Positions 1-10,248 of a stretch of 64,000 nucleotides of DNA are shown here, one piece after another. This DNA comes from an uncultured delta proteobacterium (lineage in GTDB: Bacteria; Desulfobacterota; BSN033; UBA1163): contig CAWHBU010000006.1 of assembly GCA_963827685.1 (NCBI GenBank), forward strand, positions 96,001-160,000. Reading direction: 5' to 3'. Position 1 is the stretch's first letter. Each line of letters opens with the position of its first letter. The position numbers and the translations under genes are program-made. Below the pieces are notes generated by a model. It was not told the DNA's origin. It ran no database searches and saw only the letters and a list, made by a program, of their open reading frames with translations.

Positions 1-384
1 GCCAAGGCTTATTTTGGTTTCTTGGCTTAAATCTCTTAAAGTTGTTTTATGGAAACCTTTTTGTTCAATCAACTTAATAGCCGCCAAAATGATCTGTTGA
101 CGTCGTTTTTGGACTAAATTCTCATTTTTGATTTTCGTTGGTATTTGGTAAGCTAGATTTGTCATTATTTTTTCCTTCCAATAAAAAGAACGAATGTTCG
201 TTTTTATCATTTTCCAAAAACCTTGTCAAGAAAAATTATGAGACTTAAATGAATTACTTGACCAACGGCTGGGAAGCTGAAAAGGGATGCCCTTATCCTG
301 GCGGAGAACCCCGACCTATAACCCGTAACAAGCTGAAATAATTATAGATTTAACCTACCGCATGGTCAACCCATCTTCCGCAGT

Positions 385-846
385 TTGCCTTCGATTTTTC
401 AAAATTTGCTGGGAATCGTCCCAAAATCCGAAGGGAATATTCCCTTCACCCCGAAAACTCTTCCTTTCATCGAGTTGGGGAAAAAGCTGGGGATTCCGCT
501 GCAACAGCACGTCCAGATCTCCTATGCAGATATCTACCATTTCAAGGCGGCTATCGAGAAAGCCGGTGGGACGGACAACATGGATAAGTTGATCAAGGCC
601 ATGGAAGATGTAGAGACGGTTTACTCCCTGGGAAAGATGAAATATGAAACCCAGAAGATCAAACCTTTCTTCCACTCTCGCAGGATGGTCGATCCTAAAA
701 ACCCCTATAAAATGTATCCGGGAGTATGGATGGAAAGCGTTGCCCAGTTCCAGAATGATGGAAAAATCTCCTGGGTCGTCGATGAGAAGATGAAAGCCGT
801 TCCCGGGGGTTACACTCCTCCTGCTCAATTGCGCACCCAGAAATAA
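385..846 (+). pseudogene. C-terminal fragment of a branched-chain amino acid ABC substrate-binding protein
   Basis: Resembles the LivK-family C-terminus (Y..I..FKAAIEKAGGTD.DKLIKAME...VAQFQN); no signal peptide or N-terminal half upstream. Confidence 0.6.
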
Positions 847-861
847 CTCCTGATATCCCCT

Positions 862-892
862 GGCGGACTTCTTCCAGAAGAAGAAGTCCGCC
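862..892 (+). terminator. Hairpin after the binding-protein fragment
   Basis: Perfect 12-bp stem GGCGGACTTCTT/AAGAAGTCCGCC; weak U tract. Confidence 0.55.
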
Positions 893-976
893 TCCTCTTC
901 ATAAAACTTTCGAAGCATTCCTGCCGGATCGATTATTCCATCCTTGTAACTGAGAGATTACATCTTGCGGTCTTTT

Positions 977-1209
977 TTGCTTGACAGGCAACTCCGTTTT
1001 CCGTATATTCAACCCAACCCAAAGGGACCTCTCATCACGATTCATTCCTTCTAAAGATCCGGGCATCTTTGATTTTCTCTCAAAAATTCTGCCTGAAAAA
1101 AAAGAAGGGAGGATAGCGATGTTTACTCATGGCGAGTATTGTTTCGATCGTAAATTTACAAGAAGGAAATCCATCGTCAACTCCTTTTCAACGGGGCTGA
1201 AAGGGAGTC
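977..1209. repeat. ~233-bp diverged direct repeat, copy 1 (convergent sigma70-like promoters)
   Basis: Aligns with 6211-6442; TTGACA-17-TATATT at 981-1009 (+) and TTGACG-16-TAAATT (-). Confidence 0.85.
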
Positions 1210-1459
1210 GATAAATGTGCCGAAGGCCCGTAGGAGTTACTTCCTTCTGTACATTTCTTGTTTCCAAGTTTCTTTAAGAAAGATTCTTTCGGGCCTCAAT
1301 GATGGATACCGATATGGCTTTTTTTATTTCCATTTTGACGAGGGCGCTCGGTAGATCTCCCCCTGTCATTCATCTCAAGATTTATTCTTCCTTGATCGTA
1401 GTATAGGGTTCTGAACCTTCAGCTAAATCATCCGATCATCTTGATACTGGGAGGGACAA

Positions 1460-2674
1460 ATGAAAAAGACAAATTCATGGTTCTGGATTTTCGTCCTTAC
1501 GCTCCTGCTTTCCCTGACGGCCCTTGGCCAGACCGTGCAGGCCGCCGATGAGATTATCATCGGTTACAGCGGCCCCTTGAGCGGAGGAGCGGCTAAGTTC
1601 GGGTTTAACATTCAGTGGGGCCTGGAGTTAGCGGCCGACGAGATCAACGCCCTGGGCGGCGCTACCGTGGCGGGCAAAAAATACACTGTCCGCATCATCA
1701 GCGTGGACGACCGTTTTCAAGCCGCCCTGGCGACCAACAACGCCAAACGCCTGGTGCATAAAGAAGGGGCCAAGATGGTTTACAACCCCAATACCGGCGG
1801 GATTTTTGCCCTCATGGCCGTCAATGAGAATGAGAAATTTATTGTCGGAGCCTACACCACCACACAGAACGTGGTGACCGCGGGAAATAAACTCCTGTTC
1901 AAGGGGCCGCTTCCCATGCAGGCTTACGTCCACGCCTTCTCAGAAAAGGCATGGGCCCATGGATGGAAGGTTTGCGCCATGATGCCGGATGCTTACGAAT
2001 ATGGCAAGATTTGGAGCGGCCTGTTTGAGAAAGGGTGGAAAGCGAAAGGGGGTACCATCACTACAAATATTCCCGTTGATTTTATGAAGACTACCGATTA
2101 TTACCCCTTGCTGACCAAAGCGCTCGCCACCAAGCCGGATGTGATTCTCCTCGGTTCCTCCTCCGAGCCGGATGCCATGCAGATCCGGCAGGCCCGTGAA
2201 CTCGGTTACAAAGGGGGTTTTATCCTCATCGAGCGAGGAAAGCTGGACGAGATCCGGACCTTCGTGGACAACATGGAGACACTAAATGGCTGCATCGGAT
2301 CGACCCCTCTTGAGATGACCCCCCGTGACAATGTGAAACCCTTCGCCCAAAAGTTTCGCAAGAAGTATGGGGCTGACAAACCGCTGGCCACGGAACTGGG
2401 CATTTCTTACGCCAATGCCCTGATCTATGTAGGGTCCATGGTCATCGCAGGTACCACGACCGACGTCTATAAGATCATGGACGCTATGCGCAACAAAACC
2501 AAGGATGTGCTGGCGTTGCCATTTATTAAGAACAATGACCCCTACGGATACACGGGCGCTTTCCCGAACGGGGCGCTCAAAGCGAAGACTTACGGGATCG
2601 AAGTGGCCAACGGCAAATATACGGAGTGCTTTCTTATCGACACGCCCGACCAAATTTACACGGCCAAGGAATGA
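1460..2674 (+). CDS. Branched-chain amino acid ABC transporter substrate-binding protein
   Basis: Signal peptide, IGYSGPLSG motif, GGGAGG RBS, first gene of a livHMGF cluster. Confidence 0.9.
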   Translation: MKKTNSWFWIFVLTLLLSLTALGQTVQAADEIIIGYSGPLSGGAAKFGFNIQWGLELAADEINALGGATVAGKKYTVRIISVDDRFQAALATNNAKRLVHKEGAKMVYNPNTGGIFALMAVNENEKFIVGAYTTTQNVVTAGNKLLFKGPLPMQAYVHAFSEKAWAHGWKVCAMMPDAYEYGKIWSGLFEKGWKAKGGTITTNIPVDFMKTTDYYPLLTKALATKPDVILLGSSSEPDAMQIRQARELGYKGGFILIERGKLDEIRTFVDNMETLNGCIGSTPLEMTPRDNVKPFAQKFRKKYGADKPLATELGISYANALIYVGSMVIAGTTTDVYKIMDAMRNKTKDVLALPFIKNNDPYGYTGAFPNGALKAKTYGIEVANGKYTECFLIDTPDQIYTAKE

Positions 2675-2768
2675 TCTCGTTAGTGTGAAACCCTTTGAGG
2701 AAAGCGGGGGCTGGACTCATCTCCCCGCTTTTCCGCTCCCTTGATCACCCCGAGAAGGAGGCAGTGGA

Positions 2769-3629
2769 GTGAGTCTATTGCCGCAGACGATCATCAACGG
2801 CATCATGCTGGGCTCGGTCTATGCCATGGTCGCCCTGGGGCTCACCCTGATCTTCGGCATTCTGGAGATCCCCAATTTCGCCCACGGCGCTCTCTACATG
2901 ATCGGCGCCTTTATCGCTTTTTTCTGCATTACCTCCCTGGGGGTCTCCTATTGGATTGCTCTGGTGGTTTCTCTCGCGGCCCTTTTCATCGCGGGCATGG
3001 TTATTGAACGGTTTATCTTCAGACCCTTCTATAAGCAGCCGCACGTCAGCTCGTTCATTGTGGCTGTGGGCCTCATCTTAATCCTGGAGAACGGAGCGCT
3101 GGTTCTCTGGGGGGCGGATTTCCGGCGTATCTCCCCGCCCAACAGCGGAATCATAAACCTTCTCGGAATCACCGTCACGTTTCAGCGGCTGATCGTGATT
3201 ATCTTTGCCGCGCTCCTCATTATTGCCATCCACCTCTTCATTAAGAAGACCCGCCTGGGAGCCGCCATCGAGGCAACCTCGCAGAATCGTGAGGGCGCCC
3301 AGCTCATGGGCATCAACACAAGCTTCGTCGGACAGGTCACCTTCGGCCTGGGCACTGCCCTGGCTGCGGTAGCGGCAGTTCTGGTGGCCCCCATCCTCCT
3401 CATCTCTGCGACCATGGGTGAGTCGGTAATCGCCATGGCCTTTGTCATCATTATTCTCGGCGGGATGGGCAGCTTCATCGGGGCGGTCGTGGGCGGGTAT
3501 GTCATTGGCCTGCTGGAAACCCTGGTCTCCACTTATGTGACCAGCTATTACGTGGAGGCGCTGATCTTCGGCGTTCTGGTGCTGGTCCTGGCGGTGAAGC
3601 CGACCGGACTCTTTGGAGGGAAGCATTAA
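2769..3629 (+). CDS. livH: BCAA ABC permease LivH
   Basis: NG..LGSVYAMVALGLTLIFG, NFAHG, ILGGMGS motifs. Confidence 0.92.
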   Translation: MSLLPQTIINGIMLGSVYAMVALGLTLIFGILEIPNFAHGALYMIGAFIAFFCITSLGVSYWIALVVSLAALFIAGMVIERFIFRPFYKQPHVSSFIVAVGLILILENGALVLWGADFRRISPPNSGIINLLGITVTFQRLIVIIFAALLIIAIHLFIKKTRLGAAIEATSQNREGAQLMGINTSFVGQVTFGLGTALAAVAAVLVAPILLISATMGESVIAMAFVIIILGGMGSFIGAVVGGYVIGLLETLVSTYVTSYYVEALIFGVLVLVLAVKPTGLFGGKH

Positions 3630-3634
3630 AAGCA

Positions 3635-4615
3635 GTGGGCAAAAACAATGACATAAGACGACTGGTTTATGGTCTTCTGATTCTCATCGCAATCTGCGCG
3701 CCCTTTTTCATCACGGGAAACTATCCCCGTCACATGATGGTGATGTGCGGCATCTGGGTGATTTCTTCCATGGGACTCAACCTGATCCTGGGGTACGTGG
3801 GCCAGTTGAACCTCGCCCACGGCACTTTCTTCGGCATTGGCGCTTACGCCACAGCCCTACTGATCCAGGGACTGGGTTTTTCCTTCTGGCTAGCCCTTCC
3901 CGTGGGCTGCCTGATCACGGCCTTCCTGGGGTTCCTGACCGGCCTCCCTACCCTGCGCACCCGGGGCCACTACTTTCCCATCTCCACCATGTGCCTAGGC
4001 ATATCTCTCTACTACGTTATCGCCCGTTGGGATGAGTTAACAGGGGGTGCGAGAGGTCTCTTTGGCATCCCGCGGCCCGCCGCGATTCCTTTTCCATTCA
4101 TAGGGAAGGTCTCTTTTGATACGACTCTACCCTGTTACTACCTGGTTCTTTTCTTTGTCTTTCTCACCATGCTGGCCATCTCCCGCTTCGTTCGTTCTCT
4201 CGTAGGAAAACGACTGATCGCCATACGGGGCAATGAGAACCTGGCCCAGTCCGTGGGGATTAACACAATGTGGGACAAGGTTGTCTTTTTAAGCATCAGC
4301 ACGCTTATCGCCGGACTGGCCGGCGGACTCTACGCGGCGTACATGGGAAGTCTGATGGCTGAGCAGGCCCACTTCCTGGGGAGCTTTGAGATGCTGCTGA
4401 ACGTGATGATCGGTGGGGTGGGTACCATGGCCGGTCCGTTTATCGGCGGCATCCTTCTGCCCATTCTGACGGAGGCTTTGCATTTCCTCGGCGGCCTGCG
4501 TTTAGTCGTCTACGGCGTGCTATTGATTTTGATCATGGGGTTTCTCCCCCAGGGTATCGCTGGCGGCCTGCGGGCATTGGCCCTGCATTACGGCCGGAGG
4601 AGAGATGCAAAATGA
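3635..4615 (+). CDS. livM: BCAA ABC permease LivM
   Basis: GLNLILGYVGQLNLAH, AIRGNE..A.S.G, IGGVGT motifs. Confidence 0.92.
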   Translation: MGKNNDIRRLVYGLLILIAICAPFFITGNYPRHMMVMCGIWVISSMGLNLILGYVGQLNLAHGTFFGIGAYATALLIQGLGFSFWLALPVGCLITAFLGFLTGLPTLRTRGHYFPISTMCLGISLYYVIARWDELTGGARGLFGIPRPAAIPFPFIGKVSFDTTLPCYYLVLFFVFLTMLAISRFVRSLVGKRLIAIRGNENLAQSVGINTMWDKVVFLSISTLIAGLAGGLYAAYMGSLMAEQAHFLGSFEMLLNVMIGGVGTMAGPFIGGILLPILTEALHFLGGLRLVVYGVLLILIMGFLPQGIAGGLRALALHYGRRRDAK

Positions 4616-5400
4616 ATGATCTTCTGCTCGAAGCCAGAGACCTGACCAAAAACTTCGGGGGCCTGGAGGCCATCGGCCGGCTGAGTTTCAACATCCGGAA
4701 GGGGAATATCTTCAGCGTGATCGGTCCGAACGGTGCCGGGAAGACAACCCTGTTCAACCTGATCACTGCCTTTCTCCCACCCACCCTTGGGGAGATCTTT
4801 TTTAAAGGGGAAAAAATCTCTGGCCTTAAGCCCTTCCAGGTCGCCAGAAGATCCATTTCCCGCACCTTTCAGCTGACCACTCTCTTTGAAAGAAATACCG
4901 TGCTCGAAAACCTCATGATTGGACAGACGACGACGCGGAGGATGGGTGTTCTCCAGGCCTTATTGGGCGGGCGCCAGAAGAAGCTCGCGGAAAAAATGGC
5001 CATGGAGCGGGCTCACCAGCTCGCCGAATTCATCGGCCTCAGCCGGGAGAAAGAAATTCAGGGGGGCCTCCTTTCCCAGAGGGGCCAGAAGCAGCTGTCG
5101 ATCGGGTTAGCCTTGGCCTCTAACCCCGAATTGCTTCTCCTCGACGAACCGGCCGGAGGGGTGAACATGGAGGAAGTGGGTGTACTCATCGACCTCATCA
5201 GTCGTATCCGTGACTCCGGGGTGACCATTTGTCTGATTGAACATAAGATGAGTGTGGTCATGAACATCTCCGACCGCATCCTGGCCTTGAATTACGGGAA
5301 GAAAGTCACTGAGGGAACCCCGGCGGAGGTATGCCGGAACGAGCAAGTGATCAAGTCTTACCTCGGGGAGAAGTATGCTGCTACGCGTCGATCAAGTTGA
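4612..5400 (+). CDS. livG: BCAA ABC ATP-binding protein LivG
   Basis: GPNGAGKT, RTFQ, LLLDEP, IEH.M. Confidence 0.92.
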   Translation: MNDLLLEARDLTKNFGGLEAIGRLSFNIRKGNIFSVIGPNGAGKTTLFNLITAFLPPTLGEIFFKGEKISGLKPFQVARRSISRTFQLTTLFERNTVLENLMIGQTTTRRMGVLQALLGGRQKKLAEKMAMERAHQLAEFIGLSREKEIQGGLLSQRGQKQLSIGLALASNPELLLLDEPAGGVNMEEVGVLIDLISRIRDSGVTICLIEHKMSVVMNISDRILALNYGKKVTEGTPAEVCRNEQVIKSYLGEKYAATRRSS

Positions 5401-6085
5401 AAGCTTTTACGGTCGGTCCCAGACCCTGCACGGCGTCTCGCTGTCCGTCGAAGAAAAGGAACTCATTTGCGTCTTGGGGGCCAACGGGGCGGGCAAGAGT
5501 ACCTTGCTGAAAAATATTGCCGGGTTGGTCAAGCCTCGCAAGGGGGTCGTTGAATTCGCCGGGCGCCGGATCGAGCAGATGTCTGCCCACCAGATTGTTC
5601 GAGAAGGAGTTACCCTGTGCCCAGAGGATAAAAAGATCTTCCCTCAGATGAGCGTCCTGAAAAATCTCCTGTTAGGAGCCTGGGTGCACGGCCGGGATTA
5701 TCCCAGGATCCAAAAAAACATGGTAGAAGTTTTCGAGCTCTTTCCCATCTTGAACGACCGAAAGAATCAGATGGCGGGAACGCTGAGCGGTGGCGAACAA
5801 CAGATGCTGGTGATCGGCCGCAGTCTCATGTCCAATCCCAAGCTCCTCATGCTCGACGAACCTTCACTGGGAATTGCCCCTCTCGTGGTGGAGCGTATTT
5901 TTGAAGTGATTCGTGAGATCAATAGAAGGGGTACTACGATTCTGCTGGTCGAGCAAAATGCCTCCATCAGCCTGACCACGGCCGGCCGGGGTTATATCAT
6001 GGAAACCGGAAGGATTGTCCTGAGCGGATCAGCCTCAACTTTGCTCCAGGATGAAAAGGTGAAAAGGGCATACCTCGGAATATGA
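5375..6085 (+). CDS. livF: BCAA ABC ATP-binding protein LivF
   Basis: GANGAGKS, LSGGEQQML, LDEPSLG, VEQN, AYLG. Confidence 0.93.
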   Translation: MLLRVDQVESFYGRSQTLHGVSLSVEEKELICVLGANGAGKSTLLKNIAGLVKPRKGVVEFAGRRIEQMSAHQIVREGVTLCPEDKKIFPQMSVLKNLLLGAWVHGRDYPRIQKNMVEVFELFPILNDRKNQMAGTLSGGEQQMLVIGRSLMSNPKLLMLDEPSLGIAPLVVERIFEVIREINRRGTTILLVEQNASISLTTAGRGYIMETGRIVLSGSASTLLQDEKVKRAYLGI

Positions 6086-6210
6086 ACAAAACGACTACTT
6101 CATGATAGGGACGTCACCCGCCAACGAGGCCTCCTTTGCCTCTATGGGCCAATAGAATCTTTTCCCTTTCCAGGGGACCTTTCTGCTTCGCTAACGCGCT
6201 TGTAGTTTCG

Positions 6211-6442
6211 TTGCTTGACAGGCAACTCCCTTTTTCTTATGTTCAACCCAACCCAAAGCGACTTCTTATCACTTTTAATTTCCTCCAAAGGTCCAGGCAT
6301 CTTTGATTTTCTTTCAAAAATTCTGCCTGAAAAAAGAAAAGGATTAAAACCATGTGATTCACGGCGAGCATTGTTTTGACTATAAATTTAGAAGAAAGAA
6401 ATTCCCTGTCAACTAATTTTCAAGCAGGGCTGAAAAGGAGTC
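6211..6442. repeat. ~233-bp diverged direct repeat, copy 2
   Basis: Aligns with 977-1209; TTGACA-17-TATGTT at 6215-6243 (+) and TTGACA-16-TAAATT (-). Confidence 0.85.
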
Positions 6443-6511
6443 CTTCTTGTTGCAAGTCAAGAGAAAAAACTTGACAGACGATCTCAGATTTTGTTAAAAG
6501 AAATCATACAA

Positions 6512-6702
6512 ACGGTAATACCAGGTGAAGGGAACCCCGTGATCTCCGTTTAGGCGGAGCAAGTCGGGGACGGACCCGCCGCTGTAGTCCCGACCCCATG
6601 TTTTTGGGGTAAGCGCCTTAACAAAAAAGCCACTGTCCTGAGCGCGCCGAAGGATGGGAAGGCGAGTTAAGGTCGGGAGAGTCAGAAAACCTGCCTGGAT
6701 AT
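6512..6702 (+). ncRNA. Cobalamin (B12) riboswitch
   Basis: AAGGGAA, CCCGCCGCTGTA, GCCACTG, GGGAAGG and B12 box GAGTCAGAAAACCTGCC; upstream TTGACA at 6471; precedes btuB/cob genes. Confidence 0.95.
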
Positions 6703-6752
6703 GCTTCACGGAAAGGTCTTCGAGGATAAGACTGTGAAGGGTGCATGCGGGT

Positions 6753-6793
6753 AAAATCCCCAGTCTTCAATGCGAAGGTTGGGGATTTTTTTT
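6753..6793 (+). terminator. Riboswitch expression-platform terminator
   Basis: AAAATCCCCAGTCTTC...GAAGGTTGGGGATTTTTTTT. Confidence 0.85.
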
Positions 6794-6808
6794 GAACCCT
6801 TCTCCCCC

Positions 6809-6890
6809 GCCCTAAACCTAACATGGTTTAGGGCTTGCCCTGAACCCTACGTGGTTTAGGGCCCGCCCCGAGCTTAACATGGTTCGGAGT
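6809..6890. repeat. Three tandem 26-bp palindromic REP-like units, 28-bp period
   Basis: GCCCTAAACC-TAACAT-GGTTTAGGGC, GCCCTGAACC-CTACGT-GGTTTAGGGC, GCCCCGAGCT-TAACAT-GGTTCGGAGT. Confidence 0.8.
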
Positions 6891-6935
6891 CAACAAATTA
6901 TTTTTGTCCCATTTGATGGGGGAAGGAGGTATTTT

Positions 6936-8897
6936 ATGAAACATTTCATTTCCATGTTCTTTTCTTTATCTCTGTCCGTGTTATTACCGTTTCTTTCTTT
7001 TGCACAGGAAAAGGAGGTGACCCTTGAAAAAGTGGTCGTCACCGCCACCCGGGATGTCGAGGAAATTAGAAAGATTCCTGCAAGTGTCACCGTTGTCACA
7101 AAAGAGGAGATTGAGCAATCTAATGCACAAAACGTGGTTGATCTGCTCCGAAACGAGGCAGATATTGAGGTTCGGGATATTTACGGAAATGGAAAATCAG
7201 CTTCTGTTGATATCAGGGGTTTTGGAGAGACAGGTCCTCTCAATACACTCGTATTAGTAGATGGGAGAAGGGTGAATCAAATCGACCTCAGCGGAGTGGA
7301 CTGGACCCAAATCCCGCTTGACCAGGTGGAACGGATTGAAATCGTTCGAGGTTCCGGGAGTGTCCTTTACGGGGATAATGCTGCCGGCGGGGTGATTAAC
7401 ATCATTACGAAAAAGCCTGAAAAACCTTTTTCCGCCAGTGCAGAAGTGGTGGGGGGAAGCTACGGCTACAACAAAGAGAGTGGTTCCGTGAGCGGGAAAT
7501 GGGGTCCCCTGTCTGCCATTCTCAACACGAGTCATAATTCCACGTATGGATATCGTGAGAATGGGTTTTTAAGAGCAGAAGATGTTGGAGGAAAGGTTAT
7601 CTATGACTTGAATGAAAACATCAGCTTCAACCTGAGCGGAAGTTTCCATCAGGATGATCAAGGCTTGCCAGGTGCCCTTCCTAAAGCCATTTATGAAGTG
7701 GATCGGCGGGCAACCATTGCCCCTGACGATAAAGCAAAAACGGATGACTGGTATCTCGTTCTGGGCGCAAAGGCCAAATTATGGGACGTCGGTCGATTGG
7801 AAATGGACCTTTCCTACCGAGATAGAAATGTAAAGGACCTCTTTCGATCTTTCTCCTTCAATGACAAAAGAGATTTGAGCACCTGGGGGGTGACTCCAAG
7901 ATACATTCTCGAAAAACCCCTCTGGATCTTGCCTAACAAATTAACCCTTGGGCTCGATTTCTATCATTCGGATTCCAACGTCTTTTCCGAGTCGTCGTTT
8001 GGATCAAACCGGGTGGATGTCACGAAGCAATCGATAGGGGCCTATGTATTAGATGAATTGTCTCTCCTCAAGAGCCTAATCCTCTCCGTGGGTTATCGCC
8101 AGGAGTGGGTGACGTATGACCTCTTTCAAGATCTCCCAAGGGCAAAGGATAAGATGAGCAATAACGAGCCCGCCTGGAATGTGAGTTTAGACTATCTCTT
8201 TGACAAAAAGTCTTCTGCCTTTCTTAGTGTTAAAAGGAGCTTCCGCTTCCCCGTTTCTGACGAATTGATCCAATACTTCCCGACCTTTCAGATGAACCCC
8301 GGGATGAAACCCCAAACGGGATATCAGTATGAGGCTGGCGTTCGCCATGCCTTTACGGATCAGATTGAGGCCAACCTGACGCTCTTCTGGATCGAAACCC
8401 GGGACGAAATCTTCTATAACCCCTATACATTTGCCAACGAAAACTTCCCCAAGACTCGGCGTCAGGGAATTGAATTGGGAACAAAGGTAAGACCTCTCCA
8501 ATGGCTCACTTTTTGGGGAAACTATAGTTATATTAAGCCCAGTCTGCAAGAGAAACCCTATTCAGGAAATGATATCCCTGGAGTACCAAGGCATAAAGGC
8601 TCAATCGGAACAGAGGTCGATTTCGGACGAGGATTTCAGTTGAGTTCCAAAGCAACCATCGTGGCACCCCGCCATTTTATCAGCGACTGGGCCAACCAGG
8701 TGGAGCGGCTAAGAGGATATTATACCTGGGATGCCAAACTCTCCTATTCCTGGAAGGGATTGAAGGCCTTTGTCGGTGTAAATAACCTGACCAATCAAAA
8801 GTTTTCAGAATTCGGTGTTGTCAATGCCACGGGAGTACAATACTTTTATCCGTCGCCCGTGCGGAATTTCATCGGAGGGGTTTCTTACACCTTTTAG
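6936..8897 (+). CDS. btuB: TonB-dependent corrinoid receptor
   Basis: GGAGGT RBS before ATG 6936, signal peptide, TonB box/plug (VVVTATR, IRGFG, VLVDG, ERIEIVRG), C-terminal Phe; B12 riboswitch upstream. Confidence 0.88.
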   Translation: MKHFISMFFSLSLSVLLPFLSFAQEKEVTLEKVVVTATRDVEEIRKIPASVTVVTKEEIEQSNAQNVVDLLRNEADIEVRDIYGNGKSASVDIRGFGETGPLNTLVLVDGRRVNQIDLSGVDWTQIPLDQVERIEIVRGSGSVLYGDNAAGGVINIITKKPEKPFSASAEVVGGSYGYNKESGSVSGKWGPLSAILNTSHNSTYGYRENGFLRAEDVGGKVIYDLNENISFNLSGSFHQDDQGLPGALPKAIYEVDRRATIAPDDKAKTDDWYLVLGAKAKLWDVGRLEMDLSYRDRNVKDLFRSFSFNDKRDLSTWGVTPRYILEKPLWILPNKLTLGLDFYHSDSNVFSESSFGSNRVDVTKQSIGAYVLDELSLLKSLILSVGYRQEWVTYDLFQDLPRAKDKMSNNEPAWNVSLDYLFDKKSSAFLSVKRSFRFPVSDELIQYFPTFQMNPGMKPQTGYQYEAGVRHAFTDQIEANLTLFWIETRDEIFYNPYTFANENFPKTRRQGIELGTKVRPLQWLTFWGNYSYIKPSLQEKPYSGNDIPGVPRHKGSIGTEVDFGRGFQLSSKATIVAPRHFISDWANQVERLRGYYTWDAKLSYSWKGLKAFVGVNNLTNQKFSEFGVVNATGVQYFYPSPVRNFIGGVSYTF

Positions 8898-8914
8898 GAT
8901 CAAGAAGACCCAAT

Positions 8915-9721
8915 ATGTCGTACGCTCCTCTTCCGACGTGCTATAAAAAGATGTTTCCATTTAAATTGTCTACGACCTCCTACATCTATCCTGATCATAT
9001 TATTCCAAATGTGACGATGCTCGCGCCTTTCTTGGATGAAATAGAATTAGTCCTCTTTGAAAGTAAGAGCCAGGATAACTATCCTGACGATGCTCAAATC
9101 AAAGGCCTGATGAACTTCTGTCTTCGTCAGGATATAACCTTTAATGTTCACCTTCCCATTGATATATTCCTTGGAGACGAAAATGAAGAGGTAAGGACCA
9201 AAGGCACTTCTATTGTGAAGAGGGTGACGGAAAGAACCTTTGGTTTGAATCCTTCTGTTTATATCCTCCATTTCGATCTAAGGAATAGCAATGGTCAAGA
9301 GGAAACCGATATTGAAGCCTGGCGGAGGCGTCTCCTTCGAAGTGTAGAAGAGATGGCTCAAAATGGGGTGGAACTGAATCGCATGGCCATCGAGACCCTC
9401 GGATACCCCTTTGAATGGATTGAGGACATTATTGAAGAATCCGGCTTCTCGATCTGCCTCGATATTGGTCATATCCTGATCCACGGGCAGGATCTCAGAC
9501 TCTATCTAAATAAATATCTCCCCAAAGCTTCGATCATCCACCTTCATGGCTTTCAAAAAGGGATTGACCATTTGGGAATCGATCAATTGTCTGAATCGGC
9601 ATTAGAGATGATTTTTACCCACCTTCACGATTATCATGGTATTGTATCTCTTGAGGTCTTTTCGATTGAGGATCTCAAAAGATCCCTTGTCACCTTGGAG
9701 GAAAAATGGGGAAGAAGATGA
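8915..9721 (+). CDS. cbiR: Cobamide-remodelling phosphodiesterase (AP endonuclease 2/TIM-barrel family)
   Basis: TTSYI...EIELVLFE, VHLP.D, CLDIGH, IHLHG..DH, LEVF motifs; sits in a cobU-cobS-cobT operon. Confidence 0.75.
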   Translation: MSYAPLPTCYKKMFPFKLSTTSYIYPDHIIPNVTMLAPFLDEIELVLFESKSQDNYPDDAQIKGLMNFCLRQDITFNVHLPIDIFLGDENEEVRTKGTSIVKRVTERTFGLNPSVYILHFDLRNSNGQEETDIEAWRRRLLRSVEEMAQNGVELNRMAIETLGYPFEWIEDIIEESGFSICLDIGHILIHGQDLRLYLNKYLPKASIIHLHGFQKGIDHLGIDQLSESALEMIFTHLHDYHGIVSLEVFSIEDLKRSLVTLEEKWGRR

Positions 9722-10248
9722 TCTTGATCACCGGAGGATGTCGAAGCGGGAAAAGCCGCTTCGCTTTGGACTATGCGAATCAACATTTTTCAAAAAAAAT
9801 ATATCTCGCCACATGCCAAGCCCTTGATGAAGAGATGGCTCAGCGCATAGAGCATCATAAAAAGATGAGAAGTCCGGAGTGGCAGACGATTGAAGAACCC
9901 ATAGAGATTGTCAACAAAATCACGCGATATGGGGACGAGGCGGATGTAATCCTGTTGGACTGCATCACCCTTTGGCTTTCCAATCTCCTGATGAGACGGA
10001 AGGATGACCCGGAGATCATGGAGGAGATAAGTAGATTCATTGACACTATTAAGGAGAAACAAACCTCGCTCATCCTTGTATCGAATGAGGTAGGGCTTGG
10101 AATTGTGCCAGTAGATCCGTTGGGCCGCCGTTTTAGAGACCTATCCGGAATGGCCAATCAGAAGATTGCCGAAGTGGTAAATACAGTGATTTTAATGGTG
10201 TCAGGGATTCCAATCTTCTTGAAAGGAAAGGATGAAAAACTTTCTTAG
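9706..10248 (+). CDS. cobU: Adenosylcobinamide kinase/cobinamide-phosphate guanylyltransferase
   Basis: LITGG.RSGKS, EM..RI..H, DCITLW.SN, VSNEVGLG, R.FRD..G. Confidence 0.95.
   Translation: MGKKMILITGGCRSGKSRFALDYANQHFSKKIYLATCQALDEEMAQRIEHHKKMRSPEWQTIEEPIEIVNKITRYGDEADVILLDCITLWLSNLLMRRKDDPEIMEEISRFIDTIKEKQTSLILVSNEVGLGIVPVDPLGRRFRDLSGMANQKIAEVVNTVILMVSGIPIFLKGKDEKLS

Noticed and set aside
355-918. 187-aa minus-strand ORF and other antisense ORFs such as 10699-11310, 29718-30407 and 32128-33132
   Set aside because: Shadow frames of recognisable genes on the opposite strand
6809-6890. Possible mini CRISPR array
   Set aside because: Units are separated by only 2 bp; no spacers and no cas genes
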